A DNA stretch of 64,000 nucleotides from Cyanophora paradoxa CCMP329 (lineage: Eukaryota; Plantae; Glaucophyta), in contig QPMI01000212.1 of assembly GCA_004431415.1 (NCBI GenBank), positions 62,001-126,000 of the forward strand, given 5' to 3'. Of this stretch, positions 37,634 to 49,690 are shown piece by piece. Position numbers and translations under genes: made by a program. How positions within the stretch are numbered: the stretch's first letter is position 1; every line of letters begins with the position of its first letter. A model generated the notes under the pieces. That model searched no databases. It saw only the letters and a program-made list of their open reading frames with translations, and was not told the DNA's origin.

Positions 37634-38380
37634 TGGCTGCAGGATGCGGGCGAGCGGTCCAGTGCGTCGTTCAACGGTCCAGCTGCAGCTGCCGATCTAG
37701 CGCCGATCTAGATCTAGCGCCCTAGGCCACCAATGAAAAGAACAAGGAATCATTAACCGTAACGCGTGCTCCGAGACGAGCCGCTCGCTCTGTGACAGAA
37801 GAGGAGCAGGTGGGCCCCAGCGGCCCCAGGGCGATCGACCGCTCATCTTGTGCCAGCCGGCCAGTTCGTTGAAACAACACTGAAAAAGGGCTGTGCGCTT
37901 GCTGGGAAGGCCTCCCGGCGGGCGCTGGCGGGCCAGTGGCGGCCACTCTCAGGGTACAGGCACAAGGGGTATAAGCGGCGGAACAGAGCAACCGAGCATG
38001 GCGGCGGAAACCTCGGCGCCCGGCTCGAAGCCGGCGTCGCTAACGAGTATGGGCACCGCACCCCTTAAGCGGGTGCGTGCACGTTGCTTGCCGACCTGTC
38101 GCGTGTCGTGCCTCGCCGGCCCTCGCGGGCTCATAGCAATTCTGAGGCCGCGTCTCCGGCGTCTCCGGCCGCGAGACTAAAGCCCAGCACGAGCAGTTAC
38201 CTCTGGACATCTTCGAGCCGGAAGCGGTGCAGCGCATCAACTACTTCCGCGAGAACCTAGCAGACACGCGGCAGAAGTGCGATCCTAGAGCCGAGCGACT
38301 CGCTTGTCAAGGGCTGAGCGACGCACAGGAAGAACCTGGCGCGGGTGCTTGACATCGCGGGCGAGAGAGCGGAGAGCACG

Positions 38381-39819
38381 ATGGCGGGGGCGACGGCGGA
38401 GAGCAGCAGCAAAAAGGCGCTCCGGCAAGCGGAGCGAGAGCGCAAGCTCGAGGAGATTCACTTAGCGGACAAGAAGCTGTACAAGTGCGCGGGGCGCGGG
38501 GACCGCGGGGCGGCGGGGCGGGCCGGGGCCCGATTGCGGGGCGCGCAGGACGACGTACCAGCAGGAGTTCGAGGGCGGGGCGGGGGTAGCGGGGGAGGCG
38601 CTGCAGGCGAAGGTGGACCACTTCCGGCTGATGCAGCCCTACCTCGAGGGCCTCGTCCGCCCCGAGCGCATGCCCGAGGTGGAGGAGTGGGTCCGCCACG
38701 TCGCCACCGACACCCGCCTCGTCGACCGCAGGAAGGTCCCCGCCCGCCGCCGCCGCCCCATCGGCTGCGCCGCCTGGCGCCGACGCGGCCGCGCGGGGCC
38801 GGCAGCTCCTTTTCGAGGCGCTGGTCTCGTTGAACACAATGGACGAGAAGCACCAGACCGAGCACGCCCGCGAGTACCACAGGAAGCCCATCCCGCCACG
38901 CGAGCCGCCACCCACCTTCTCCGCCCACGCCGCCTCCTCCCCGACCCGTGCCAAGGCCCGCCCGCGCGGCCCCGCCTCCCCCCTCGCCGGCGGCGGCTGA
39001 GGGGCGCGCAGGAGAAGAAGCAGAAGGGGACGACGCTGCCGCCGCTGGCGCGGTCGGCGCCGGAGCCGCTGGTGCGGGCGGCGCTCGAGGCGGGGGCCGG
39101 GGGGCACGAGCAGGAGCGGGCGGGGCGGCGGGAGCGGGCGCCCTTCGTGGGCGTCGTGCCCGGCGGGGCGACGGAGTCCACGTACAAGGCCTCCTTCGTG
39201 CCGCGCATGGCCCGCGGGCTCGCCCCGCCCGAGCCCACCAACTGGCACCGCCTCCCCAGCGACGGCATGGGCACCCTCGTCCCCCAGACCGGCTTCGTGC
39301 GCCCCTCTCCCGCCCCGCCCCTCTCCCGCCCTCCCGGGAGCGGCCGCGCGAGACGGGGGCGGGGCGCAGGGCGGGAGCCCGTCGAAGGCGATGTACGACT
39401 CGCGGCAGTACCACCCGCGCCTCCCCGCCGACCGCGCCGCCGCCCTCCGCGCCTCCACCGACTTCCAGTACCCCTGGCCCCTGGTCCCTGCCCCCGCGCC
39501 CCGGCCCCGTACCCCGGCACCGGCCCCGGCTGACGCGGGGGCGGGGGGCAGAGCACGGCGCACGGGTCGTACCAGCCGGCGGCCTCGGACGACCCCGTCC
39601 TCAAGTCCTACAAGAGCGGCGCGGCGCGCCCCGGCCCCGCCCCCTCGGGCCGCCAGCGGCGGCTGACGGCGACGGCAGGAGCGGGCGGAGTCGCTGAAGC
39701 GGCGGGCGCGGGGCTCGGAGGTGCCCCTCTCCATCGGTGTCGGCTTCAGGAAGGACACCACGTACACCAACGCCTACGACGGCGCCCGCCTCGCCGCCTC
39801 CGCCGTCGCCCCCTTCTAG
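38381..39819 (+). CDS. Candidate ciliary microtubule inner protein (SAXO/Mn-motif-like), multi-exon
   Basis: Spaced motifs TTYQQEF, TEHAREY, STYKASF, TTYTNAY in a Pro-rich chain. Confidence 0.6.
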
Positions 39820-40045
39820 GCCCCGCCCCCGTCCTCCTCTCCCATCCAGTCCGGCAGTGGCCCCGGCCCGGGCCCCGCCCCCTCGGGGCGGGCCCCAGAG
39901 GGCGGGGCGCGGCGCTTGCGGGCGCCCCCGTTTTTTCTTGCGCTTTTTCGACCCGTTCCTGCAATGTACAGATCTGCGTGCGGCCGGGCGGGGGCGCGAG
40001 GCGGGGGGCGCGGGGCGCGGGGGGAGCGGTGGGCGGCCGGAGGCC

Positions 40046-40923
40046 CTACTGAGGGACGGAGAGGGAGGCGAGGAGGGCGCGGAGCTGCGCCTCGGGCTCC
40101 CCCGCGAAGTCGGCCTCGGGGTACTGCGCGTTGAGGATGTAGAGGCGGCCCCCCGCGATCGCCGCTCGGCTCAGCACCCGCTTGTACCCCCGCGTCGACT
40201 CCACCCGGTACTCCACGCTGCGTCGTCCGAGTGCCGGCGTCGGCAGGGCAAGGGCGGGGCAGGGGCGGGGCGGGGCGGGGAGGGGCCGGCGCACTCGTAG
40301 AAGCGGCCGGGGCCGACGTCGGCGAAGGAGATGAGCTCGCAGGAAAGGACGCCGTCCTTCTTGGCCTCGGCGGCCACCGTGCGGCGCGCCACCTCCTCCG
40401 CGGTCCCCACCTCCGCCAGCGCCCGCGCCTTCACCGGGTTCACCACGAGGCCCGCGTTGCCGAGCCGGCCCCCCGACGGGATCTTGACGAAGACCAGCGA
40501 CCCGCTCTTGCTCCCCGCCTCCCTGACCCGCGCGTCAGCCGCGGCCGCGCGTGCACGCGAGGGGGCCGAGCAGGGAGCGACGGGCTCGGCGCGCCAGTCG
40601 CTGGGATACTGGAAGCTGCATTGCGTCTCCGCATCCTCGAACAGGGTAAGGCCGTCTGTCGCCGCACGCGCCGGCCTGTCCACGCGCAGCGCGGCCGCCG
40701 CTGCGGCTAGGGCGGCGGCGGCGAACGCCTTGCGGCGGGAGTAGCTAGCTTGCGGCTCGGACGAGCACTCCAGCTGCAGTTGCACGCCCGGCGCGCGCGG
40801 TGCTGGCGCATGGCACTTCCTGACCGGCTTTGCCAGCGGGGCGGTGCAAATGATTCCCTTTGTCGACTCGCACCTTCTCTGACCGACAGGCACCGCCGGG
40901 GGGCCCAAGAAGCAGGCGCTCAT
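40046..40923 (-). CDS. PPD2: PsbP-domain thylakoid lumen protein (PPD2-like)
   Basis: Transit MSACFLG, Tat-like SRRKAFAAAAL...ARA, FQYPSDW, NAGLVVNPV, EYRVESTRGYKRV, GRLYILNAQ. Confidence 0.85.
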
Positions 40924-41004
40924 CTTTCCTTGGGGGGTACCGGTGTATAGAGCTTGGGGGACGTTGCAGGACAGAGGAGTCTGCCCAGGATCCCGGACGC
41001 GGGG

Positions 41005-43906
41005 ATGGAGACGATGTCGGACGCGGCGTTCGCGCGCTACCTCACGTCCGCCTCGCCGGTCTGCTCGACCCGCACTCGCCTGCTCGCTGCGAAGCTCCCT
41101 GCCTGCGCTGCCCGAGGTCCCTGAGGCGCTTCCACTACAGCTCGCTGGCGGGCCGAGCGCAGATCCGTGGGACGGCGTCGCCGAGCGCTTCATCAGCGAG
41201 AGCGTCCCCGAGCAGCGGCACGCCGCGACGCCAGCGGAGATCGAGGCGCGGCTGGCCCGGTGCAACACCGCGCTCGCAGAGATGGGCCTGGCGACCTTCA
41301 GCCGCCCAAAGCACGCGACGGTCGGCGAGCTCTCTCCGATCCTGGCATCGATGAGCGCTTTGCTGGAGCAGCGGTCGCGGGAGTTGCGGTTCCGGCAGGA
41401 GGCGGAGGACCGCATCGCGCGGCTCCAGTCCGACCGGAAGGTCTCCCAGTACACGCAGGCGCGCGGGAGCCCCGCCCTCGCCCGCCTCGTCCCGCGACCG
41501 ACGCCGGCCCGCAGAGCCAGCTGGCGGAGAAGCTCGAGACCCGGGAGCGCGAGTACGCGCTTCTGCTGCTGAAGGACAGGTGCGGCCGGAAGGCGGGGCC
41601 GGCGCGCGGGCGGGCCGGGGCGGGGCCGACGCGGGCCGGGGTGGGGCCGACGCGGGCCGGCAGGGACCTGGAGACGCAGCTGCGGCAGCTGCAGGCGCAG
41701 CGGGCGAGCGAGAAGGAGGAGCTCGCGCGGGCCCAGGCGGCCCTGCAGCACCGCGAGAACCAGTTCATCGTGGGCCCTCCCCCGCCCGGCGGCGCGGCGG
41801 CGCGGCTGAAGGGGCGGGGGCGGGCAGCACGAAGCGCGCAAGCGGGAGCGGGAGCTGACGCGCCTGAACGAGCGAGTCGCCTCGCTCGTCTCGTCGGGCC
41901 GGGAGGCCAAGGCCCGTCCTCGCGCCACTCCCCCCTCCCCTCCGGCGCCGCGAGACGCCGCGGCGCAGGTGGCCCCCTCGCTGGACATCCGGGGGGCCCT
42001 GGGGCGCGCCGGCAGCGGGCGGCCGACGTGGAAGGACCCGCAGAAGGCGCGCCGGAGCCCCGCGCGCCACGCGCGCCGCGCGCCCCGCGGGGCGGGAGCT
42101 GAGGGCGGGGCCAGGACGCGGAGGACCTTCACCGGGCGGTGGTCGGGGGCTACCAGGACCGCCTCGAGCGCGCCCTCGGCGAGATGGCCGAGCTGCGCGC
42201 CTGCCTCGCCGCCTTCGCCGCCGACCTCGAGCGCCTCGCCTCCGCCCACCCGCTCCTCGCCCGCTTCCCGCCCCCGCCCCGCCGCCCCGAGGAGGCCCGG
42301 GCGGAGGGCGAGGGCGAGGAGGAGGAGGAGCCGGTGGCGGGCGGCTTCGCGAAGGAGGTGCTGGAGCTCCCGTTCGAGCACGCGCGGGAGACCGTCGAGG
42401 AGGGCGTCCGCGCCTCCCTCGCCCGCCTCTCCGCCCGCCTCGCCCGCGCCCACCAGGCCCGCCCCGCCCCGCGCCCCATCCCACGCCCGGTACGGTTGCT
42501 CACGGGCGCGCAGGCGATGCTGGCTCAGGAGATGATCGCCAACTCGCGCTCGCCAGTCCTCGCTGCGGCGGCGGCGGGGCGCCCCTCGCACCCCTCCGTC
42601 GTCTCCTCGCCGGCATCCGCCTCCGCCGGCCGCCCCTCCGACTCCACCGCCGGCGACGCCTCCCCGCGCCGCCCCGGCGCCGCCCCGGGCGCCGGCCCCG
42701 CCGCCTCCACGCCGGCCCCGCGCACGCCCCACGGAGTGCTGGCGGCGGCCGGCCCGCCCGAGCCGGCGACCCCGCCGAGGACCTGCGCGAGCAGATCCGT
42801 GCGCCTCCCCCGCCGCCGCTGCGCGGACGGGGCTCACGGGCCGGCAGGCGAGCTGCGGCGGGTGGTGGCGGAGCAGGAGCGCCTCATCCAGTTCGCCATC
42901 GTGCGCCCTCCGCCCGCCCCGTGGCCGCCGGCCGGCGGCGCCTCACGCCGCCGACGCCGGCAGCTGCGGGACGCGCCGTTCGCGGAGACGCTCGAGGCGG
43001 GCGGCCCGGAGGCGCCGGGCCCGCGGGGCGCCCGGGGCGGCGCGGGAGGGGGCAGCCCCGGGGCGGCTGGGAGGGGTGCGTGCGGCGGAGGCGGAGGTGC
43101 GGGAGCGGGAGCGGCGGCTGGAGGCGAACCGCGGGGCCCTCCTCGAGCGCGCCCTCGCCCTCGACCGCGACCGCCTCCTCCTCGAGGCCCGCCCGCCCGC
43201 CCCGCCCGCCCCCGCCGGCGCGCGCGGCTGAGGGCGCCCGGCGCAGCACGACCGGCGCGAGTTCGAGGAGGAGCGCTCCCGCTGGCGCTCCCAGGCCTCC
43301 ATCTTCGCCCCGCGTGCCGCCCAGCCCGCCCCGCCTGCCGATGTCCGCGCCGACGCGCGGGGCCGGCGCAGAGGCGGCCCCGGGTCGCCCTCCTCCGCCC
43401 TCACCCCGACCTTCATCGCCGCCCTCAACTCCGCCGCCGCCCCGCCTCGCCCCTCGCCGGTGACCCCGCACTTCCCCGACGCTCCCCGCCCCGCTCTGCT
43501 CCGCGCCGACGCGCGGGGCACTGCGGCAGCGCCGGCGCTGGTGCAGGGGAGCACGCCGCCGCTCCGGCGGCGGTCGCGTGAGGGGTCCCCGCCGCCGCCG
43601 CCCCCGGCGGCGCGGCTGGCCTTCGCGGCGCCTCCGCCGCGGGAGCCGCGGGACGCGTGCGAGGCGCCACGGCCGGCCGCCTCGCCCTCCCCGCGCATCT
43701 CCGGCCGCCTCTCCGCCACCGTTGCCCCCGGGCGCTCCCCCTCGGGCGCCCGCCTCGCGCGCACGTACTCCGCCCCGGCGCCGCCCCCCGGCGCCGCCCA
43801 GGAGGGGCCCTTCACCCCTATGTTCACCCCGCGTGCCCTCTCCGTCCTCCAGTCCCCGCGCGCCACCCCTCCCCACCGCTACAGCGCCGCCCCGCCCGAC
43901 TCCTGA
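41005..43906 (+). CDS. SSX2IP/ADIP/Msd1-like centrosomal coiled-coil protein (multi-exon)
   Basis: Coiled coil with QFIHEARKRERELTRLNERV and LPFEHARETVEEGVRASL; Pro/Ser-rich tail. Confidence 0.72.
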
Positions 43907-44223
43907 GCGGCGGCTGCGGCGCCAGGCTCAACTTCGATCAGCCCGTGTTTAATCCGACTACTAGCTATGTAGTAGTAGCCGACATGCAGGAACTGGGATT
44001 TCGACGGCACTGCGCATGCGGCAGCGTTGAAGCGGGGATAGCTATATGAGCTGCTGATCATAAGCTTTGGCTACAGGATCCGATGATCCGGAGCTAGGAC
44101 GTCGACGTCGGTTGCGAATCGAAAGGGCAAGTCACCAGCTGCAGTGGCCAGCTGCATCAACCAAGTCCCGAATCCGCGTAGCCCCCCCGTCTTCATTCCC
44201 CCGTTCGCCAGACAGATCTAGCC

Positions 44224-45196
44224 ATGGCCTTCGTCGCCGCCACCCCGTTCGTGTCTGCCCGCGCCACCAGCATTCAGGCGACCCCGGCCTGCTCCACCGT
44301 CGCGACCCGGCCGGTCCTGCGCTCTGCGTTCAAGGGTGCCGCCGTCGCGCACCGCACTTTCGCTGCCCAGCAGGTTCAGGTTAGTCGCGCCAAGTCCCCC
44401 TGCCGAACCTTGTGATCTGCGCGCGACTCGTGCCTGACCACCCGCGCGCTCGCAGTTCCAGCCCCGCACCTTCACCGTGCGCGCGGAGCTCGACAAGAAC
44501 ATCGGCGCTGCCATCAGCAACGCGCTGACTTCCATCTCCGGGGTGAGAACGCCCCGCCGAAAAGAATCTGAGGAGGGGCCATCGGACCGCGCGCTCTATG
44601 TGACACTTAAGGCTAACATCCGCATAGAAGGAGATGGAGTTCACTCCTGAGGCGGAGCAGCTCAACGGCCGGTGCGCGCTCGATGCGACCTAATGATGTG
44701 GGTCCGCCCGCTGACGTCTATCTCGCGATGCTCGCAGCCTGGCGATGCTCGGCATGCTCGGGTTCGCTTTTAACTATCTAATTCGTTTGCTTGGTCTGAC
44801 CATGCTCGGGATTGGCACAGTCTCATCCTGATCGAGGTCCGCTGAGCGCTAGCGACGGTTCGCGCTCGCCGCCGCCGACGCGCTCATCGCAGCTCGCCAC
44901 CGGCGCTGGCGGTCTCAAGTTCCTCTACGGCACTTTCCTCGCCCCCGGTCCGTGCCACTCTGGCCCGGCAGCGCCCCGTTGCTGACAGGAGGCCCGCGGC
45001 GCAGTGCTCGAGCTCATCGGCTTCGGCTTCTTCGTGTGGTTCGTTTCCAAGAAGGTGCTCGTCAAGTCCGCGCGCGAGGAGCTCATCGGCGGTGAGCGTC
45101 GCCTTCCCCGCCCCGCCGGCGCCGCCGCTGGTGCTGAGCGCGCCGCCCGCAGAGGTCACGGGTCTGGTCGACAAGATTGTCGGCAAGTCCGAGTAA
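44224..45196 (+). CDS. Two-helix LHC-like protein (SEP/LIL, HLIP-related), about 8 exons
   Basis: Transit MAFVAATPFV; LHC motif FTPEAEQLNGRLAMLG...LIELATG; second hydrophobic helix LIGFGFFVWFV. Confidence 0.88.
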
Positions 45197-45382
45197 GAGC
45201 GGGGGTCGCCCGTTTCTCTAGGACCCACAGGCAGCCGTATGCAGTCATAGATAGATGCACTCTTTTCAAGCTTTCAACAACGGCGCACTTCTGCGCCACT
45301 GCTCGCGATCGCGCGCCTGCCCCGAGCACTTTTCTGAACGCCGGCGCCGGCTCGCGCCGTCGGCCGAGGCCCGGCCAGCCGG

Positions 45383-45817
45383 CTAGGGGCGGCGGGGGGC
45401 TCCCCAGAGCGCGGCGGGCGGGGCGGCGGAGGCGGGGGCGGTGCCGGCGACGGCGACGCCGGAGGCGAGGTGGGTGAGGTCGAGCGTGGCGAGGCGCCCG
45501 TTGCCCGGCGCCGGGCTCTCCGCGCTCGTCGCCACCGTCCGCTGCGTCCCGTTCTCCACCAGCACGTAGCGGTACCCCTCGTACGCTGGAGGGGCGTCAG
45601 CCCGGTCGGGCGAAGGTGGCCTACTCGAGCGCGGGGCGGCACGCACGGTTTTGCGCGGGGGTGCTGGGGTACGGGCTGGGCGCGGCGACGTGCCCGGGGG
45701 AGGGCGGGGCCGCGTAGCGCGCAAGGGCGGGGACCGCGTCGAGCGAGGGCGCCGGCGCGCGGCCGAAGAGGAGCGTCTCGAGGCTCGTGACGCGCCGCTC
45801 CAGGCTGGCAACCTGCC

Positions 45818-45863
<46 letters not shown>

Positions 45864-48800
45864 GCCATGCGGCGGGCCGTGCGGCGGGTGCGGCGGGCCG
45901 TACGGCGGGTAGGGCGTGCCGTGCGGCGGGTAGGGCCGATGCGGGTCGTAGGGGCCCGGCGGGGGCAGGCCGTAGTGGGGCGGCGGGGGGCCGTAGAAGT
46001 TGTACGCGGCGCCGGGCAGCGGGGGCCCCTGGTGGGCGTCGAGGGGCAGCGGGTGCCTGCCCGCCTCCTCGAGGGCGTGCGCGGGGGCTGCCGACGGGCG
46101 CGGCGGGGGCACGAGCGACGCGTGGTGGGCCGAGCGGGGCGAGAGGGGCGCGGGTGGCACAGGGCCCGAGAGCCGCCGCTCCTGCGCGGGGCGGCGTGAG
46201 GCCGGTGAAGCGGAGGGGCGGGGCGGGGCGGACGGCGTCGGAGGCGAGGAGGGCGAGGCGCTCCTCGAGGGCCGCCACGCGCCCTCGAGCGCCTCCTGCG
46301 CCCGGCCCCGCGCCGCCTGCTCCGCCCGCAGCGCCGCCAGCTCCCGCCCCACGCCGGCCCCGCCGCCCCGCCGCCCCGCCGCGTGGTGCGGCAGCACGGG
46401 CTTCCGCTCCGGCTCCGGGTCGAACTCTGGTGGGCGTGGGCGTGGGCGGGGCAGGGCGAGGGGGGCGCGGGCCGGGGCGGGCGCACCGGGGGCGGCGTCG
46501 TACTCGCCGGCGTGGAGGGCGGGGTCGACGTGGGCCGGCGGCAGCGCGCACTCGCCCCGCTCGTCCTCGAGGGCGCGGTGGCGGGGCGGCGGCGCCGCCT
46601 CCTCGCCCGCCGCCAGTGCCGCCTCATAGTTCAGGATGCTCGCCGCCGTCGCCCCCGCCCGCCCCGCCCCGCGCCGGGGCCGCCGCCGCGCCGGCCACCG
46701 CGCTGCGGGAGAGGGCGAGGGAGGAGCGGCGGGCGACCTCGCGGGAGACCGAGGCGGCCGAGCGGAGGGGCACGGGGGCGCCCGCGGGGGCGCCCGGCCG
46801 CCACGCGTGGCGGGGCCCGGGGACGGGGGCGGGGCGCCGGCGGGGAGGGACGGGGTGCGGGGCGGGAGGGCGAAGAGGGGCTCGTCGGCGTCGGCGCGCT
46901 GGATGAGGAAGGCCGCCTCCAGGGGCCGCTCCCCCTCGAGCTCCACGTCCCGGTCGCCCCACACCACCAGCGTGAACCGCGACTCCTGCCCCGGTGCCTG
47001 CCCCGCCCCGCCCCGCGTCAGCCCAGCAGCGCCCCCCGAGGCAGCCGGGGCGGGGCGGGCCATGGTCATGGGGATGATCTTGTAGTGGCCGGGCTCGAGC
47101 GTGCACTCGACGGAGACCTCGCGGCCGGGGAAAAAGGGCGGGGAGGTCTGGGCGACGACGTTGGCCGCCGTGAGGGCCCGCGCCTGCAGAGCCGTCGGGC
47201 CGCGTCCCGCGGGAGAGCGCGGGCGGGGCAGGGCGGGGCGGACGGCGGAGACGTGGCGGCCGGCGACGCGGACGACGAGGAAGCCGATCTTAACGTCGTA
47301 GGTGGTGCGCCCCGCCAGGCGCGCGTCCGGCTGGCTCAGCGTGATCACCACCGTCGTCGTCGCCTCCGGCACCTGCCGCCCGCCGTCGCGGCGCGCCTCG
47401 GCTGGTGCGGGGCGGAGCGGGGCGGGGCGGGGCGGGCCTCGACGTGGAACTGGCGGTTGTCGATCCAGGAGGGGTTCACCGCTGACGTCGGCCGGCCCCG
47501 CTCGTCCAGCCGCCGCGGCCCGCCCCCGGCCCCCTTCCCCTTCCACTCCCCCTGCCCCCCCGTCGGCCCAAGAGGGGGGGGGGACGAAAGGTGGGGGTAC
47601 GGGGCGCACGTGGACGTACTGGCCGTGCCACTCGTGCGGGAAGATGCGGCAGAGGTAGACCTGCGGCGCGCGTCAAGGGGGGGCGGGGGCGGGGGCGGGG
47701 GGCGAGGGCCCCGAGGGGCCCGCCGCGCCTTGGAGAAGTGGAGGATGAAGTCGGGCCAGGCCATCCAGAAGGTGCCGTCGTTGCCGGCCTCGGTCGAGTA
47801 GCCGAGCTCGCGCTCGAGCTCCTCCGTCCAGCGCTCGTCCCCGTCCGACCAGTCGCCCGTCCACTCGCCGAAGCCGTACGGGTTGCGCAGCGAGAGGAGC
47901 CGCACGCGGGCGCCCCCGGTCTCCACCTCGCGCATGTCCAGCAGCGAGTACGCGTGGCCCTGCCCCGCCCCTCGGCCTCCGCGGGGGCGCGGGGCGCAAG
48001 GCGCGGGGCGCGGCGCACGCGGACGATGCCCTGGCGGCCGGAGAAGCCGGCGGCGCCCATGAGGGAGCCGGCGCGGTGCAGCTCGAGGAGGCGGGGCCAC
48101 GTGAGGTCCGCCTTCAGGTCCGCCTGCCCCGCCGCCGTCTGAAAGTTCCTGCGCCGCGCTCGCCGCGCTCGCCGGGGCGGGGGGCGGGGGGCGGGCGGGG
48201 GGGCGGGGCCGGGGCGCACGCGACCTCGGGGACGCCGCCGGTGAGGTCCTTGAGGCCGTAGTCGACGAAGCCGGCGACGAGCGCCTCGTAGCAGCCGTGC
48301 ACCTTCGCGTACGCCTTCTCCAGCACCGCCACCCACAGCTCGTTCGCTGCCGCCCCCTCGGCCCCGCGCCCACGGCGGCGCGAGGGGGCGGGGGCCCGCA
48401 CGGTCGTGGCAGCGGGCGAAGACGGGGCGGTTGGAGGTGCGGCTGCAGAGGATGCGGTCGTCGACGACGACGCGGTGCCAGTACTCGTCCTTGTAGACGG
48501 CGACGGCGTAGAGCCCCCGCGGGCCGTACTCCACCTCCTTGCGCCCGTGCAGCACGAAGAGGCGCTTCAGGTACTCGCGCCGCCCGGCCAGCACCGCCAT
48601 CGAGCTGATGAACCAGCAGTCCCCCAGCACGCCCTGCACCACGTCCGACGCGTCCGTGCCGCGAACGAAGAGCATCGGGGCCCCCGGGCAGAACCTGGGC
48701 CCCGGCCCCGCTCAAGCGCCGGCGCCGCACCCCGGCAGGCAAGCCGGCGCACTCGGCCGGCCGCAACCAGTCGCAGGAGTCGAGGTCCACAAGCGGGCTG

Positions 48801-49244
48801 TCGTTGTAGGGGTTCTTCGGCGGCGCGCTCGGGTCCCGCCAGAGGCTTCGCGCATCTGTCGGGAACTCCGCATCCTCGAACAGCTGCCGAAGGCGTGAGC
48901 GCGCAGTAAGACGGCAGGGAAATGCGTAGCTAAGCTTGGCCGACACGCGCGACTGCACCAGAGGGGCCCTGGCGGCCAAGCCAACGCACCTTGCCCGGCG
49001 CCAGCTGCTCAATCAGTTTCGCAGGCTGCCTCGCTTTATCGTGGTTCACACAAGCCTGCTCAGATCACCGTGAGCACAGGCAGCTAGCAGGGAAGCACAG
49101 CCTGCAGGAGACCGTCGGACGCACTTTCACTCGGCAGGTTTCAGGCGTGCACAGCGGCGTAGGCGTCGGGAGGGGCCGCTTCTTCTTTGCAGCTGCAGGC
49201 CCGCCCGGCACCTGCACCGGTGCTGGCGGCGGGCGCATCGGCAT
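45383..49244 (-). CDS. Calpain cysteine protease (CysPc + domain III) with Pro-rich tail, multi-exon
   Basis: [74 protein letters not shown]; start approximate. Confidence 0.93.
45820..45862. repeat. (GGC)n microsatellite encoding poly-Pro in the calpain tail
   Basis: About 14 consecutive GGC units. Confidence 0.9.
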
Positions 49245-49690
49245 CGAAGTGCTAGTTGGGCCGAAGCCTCGAAGTGGATTCGGAGCTGTACGCCCCCACG
49301 GTTCACCCTGGGGCAACCTGGCCAGCCCAGCTCATGATCATGATGATATCAGCCGGCTCAGCTGGCTCAAGGCGCCGGCACGAGCCGCGGCGCCGCTCAA
49401 TTGGGAGGCCGCCAGCGTCCGACGGCCAGTCGCCGCGCGGCGCTGCAGCCGCTGAGCTGAGCCGGCGCCGCCGCCGCGCGCCCGGCCCGCGGCCCCCTAC
49501 TAGGCTAGGCCTTCAAGGCCCTGAGGCTTCGAAATTCCTGGGAGCCTCGGAGTCTGCGACACGCTCTATTTAAATAGAATAAGCTGACAACGCGATAATG
49601 CGATAAATTATACACCGTCCTGAAAGCCCTGACTGCCTGTGCTGGATAGTCTGATCTACGCTACTGTTCCGGCGGGGCGGGCATGGCGCG

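Noticed and set aside
40171-42837. 888-aa minus-strand ORF and many other long Arg/Gly/Pro-rich ORFs (e.g. 24786-27083, 26004-28127, 51660-53744)
   Set aside because: Stop-codon scarcity at very high GC; they are antisense or off-frame read-throughs of spliced genes, with only short segments being real exons
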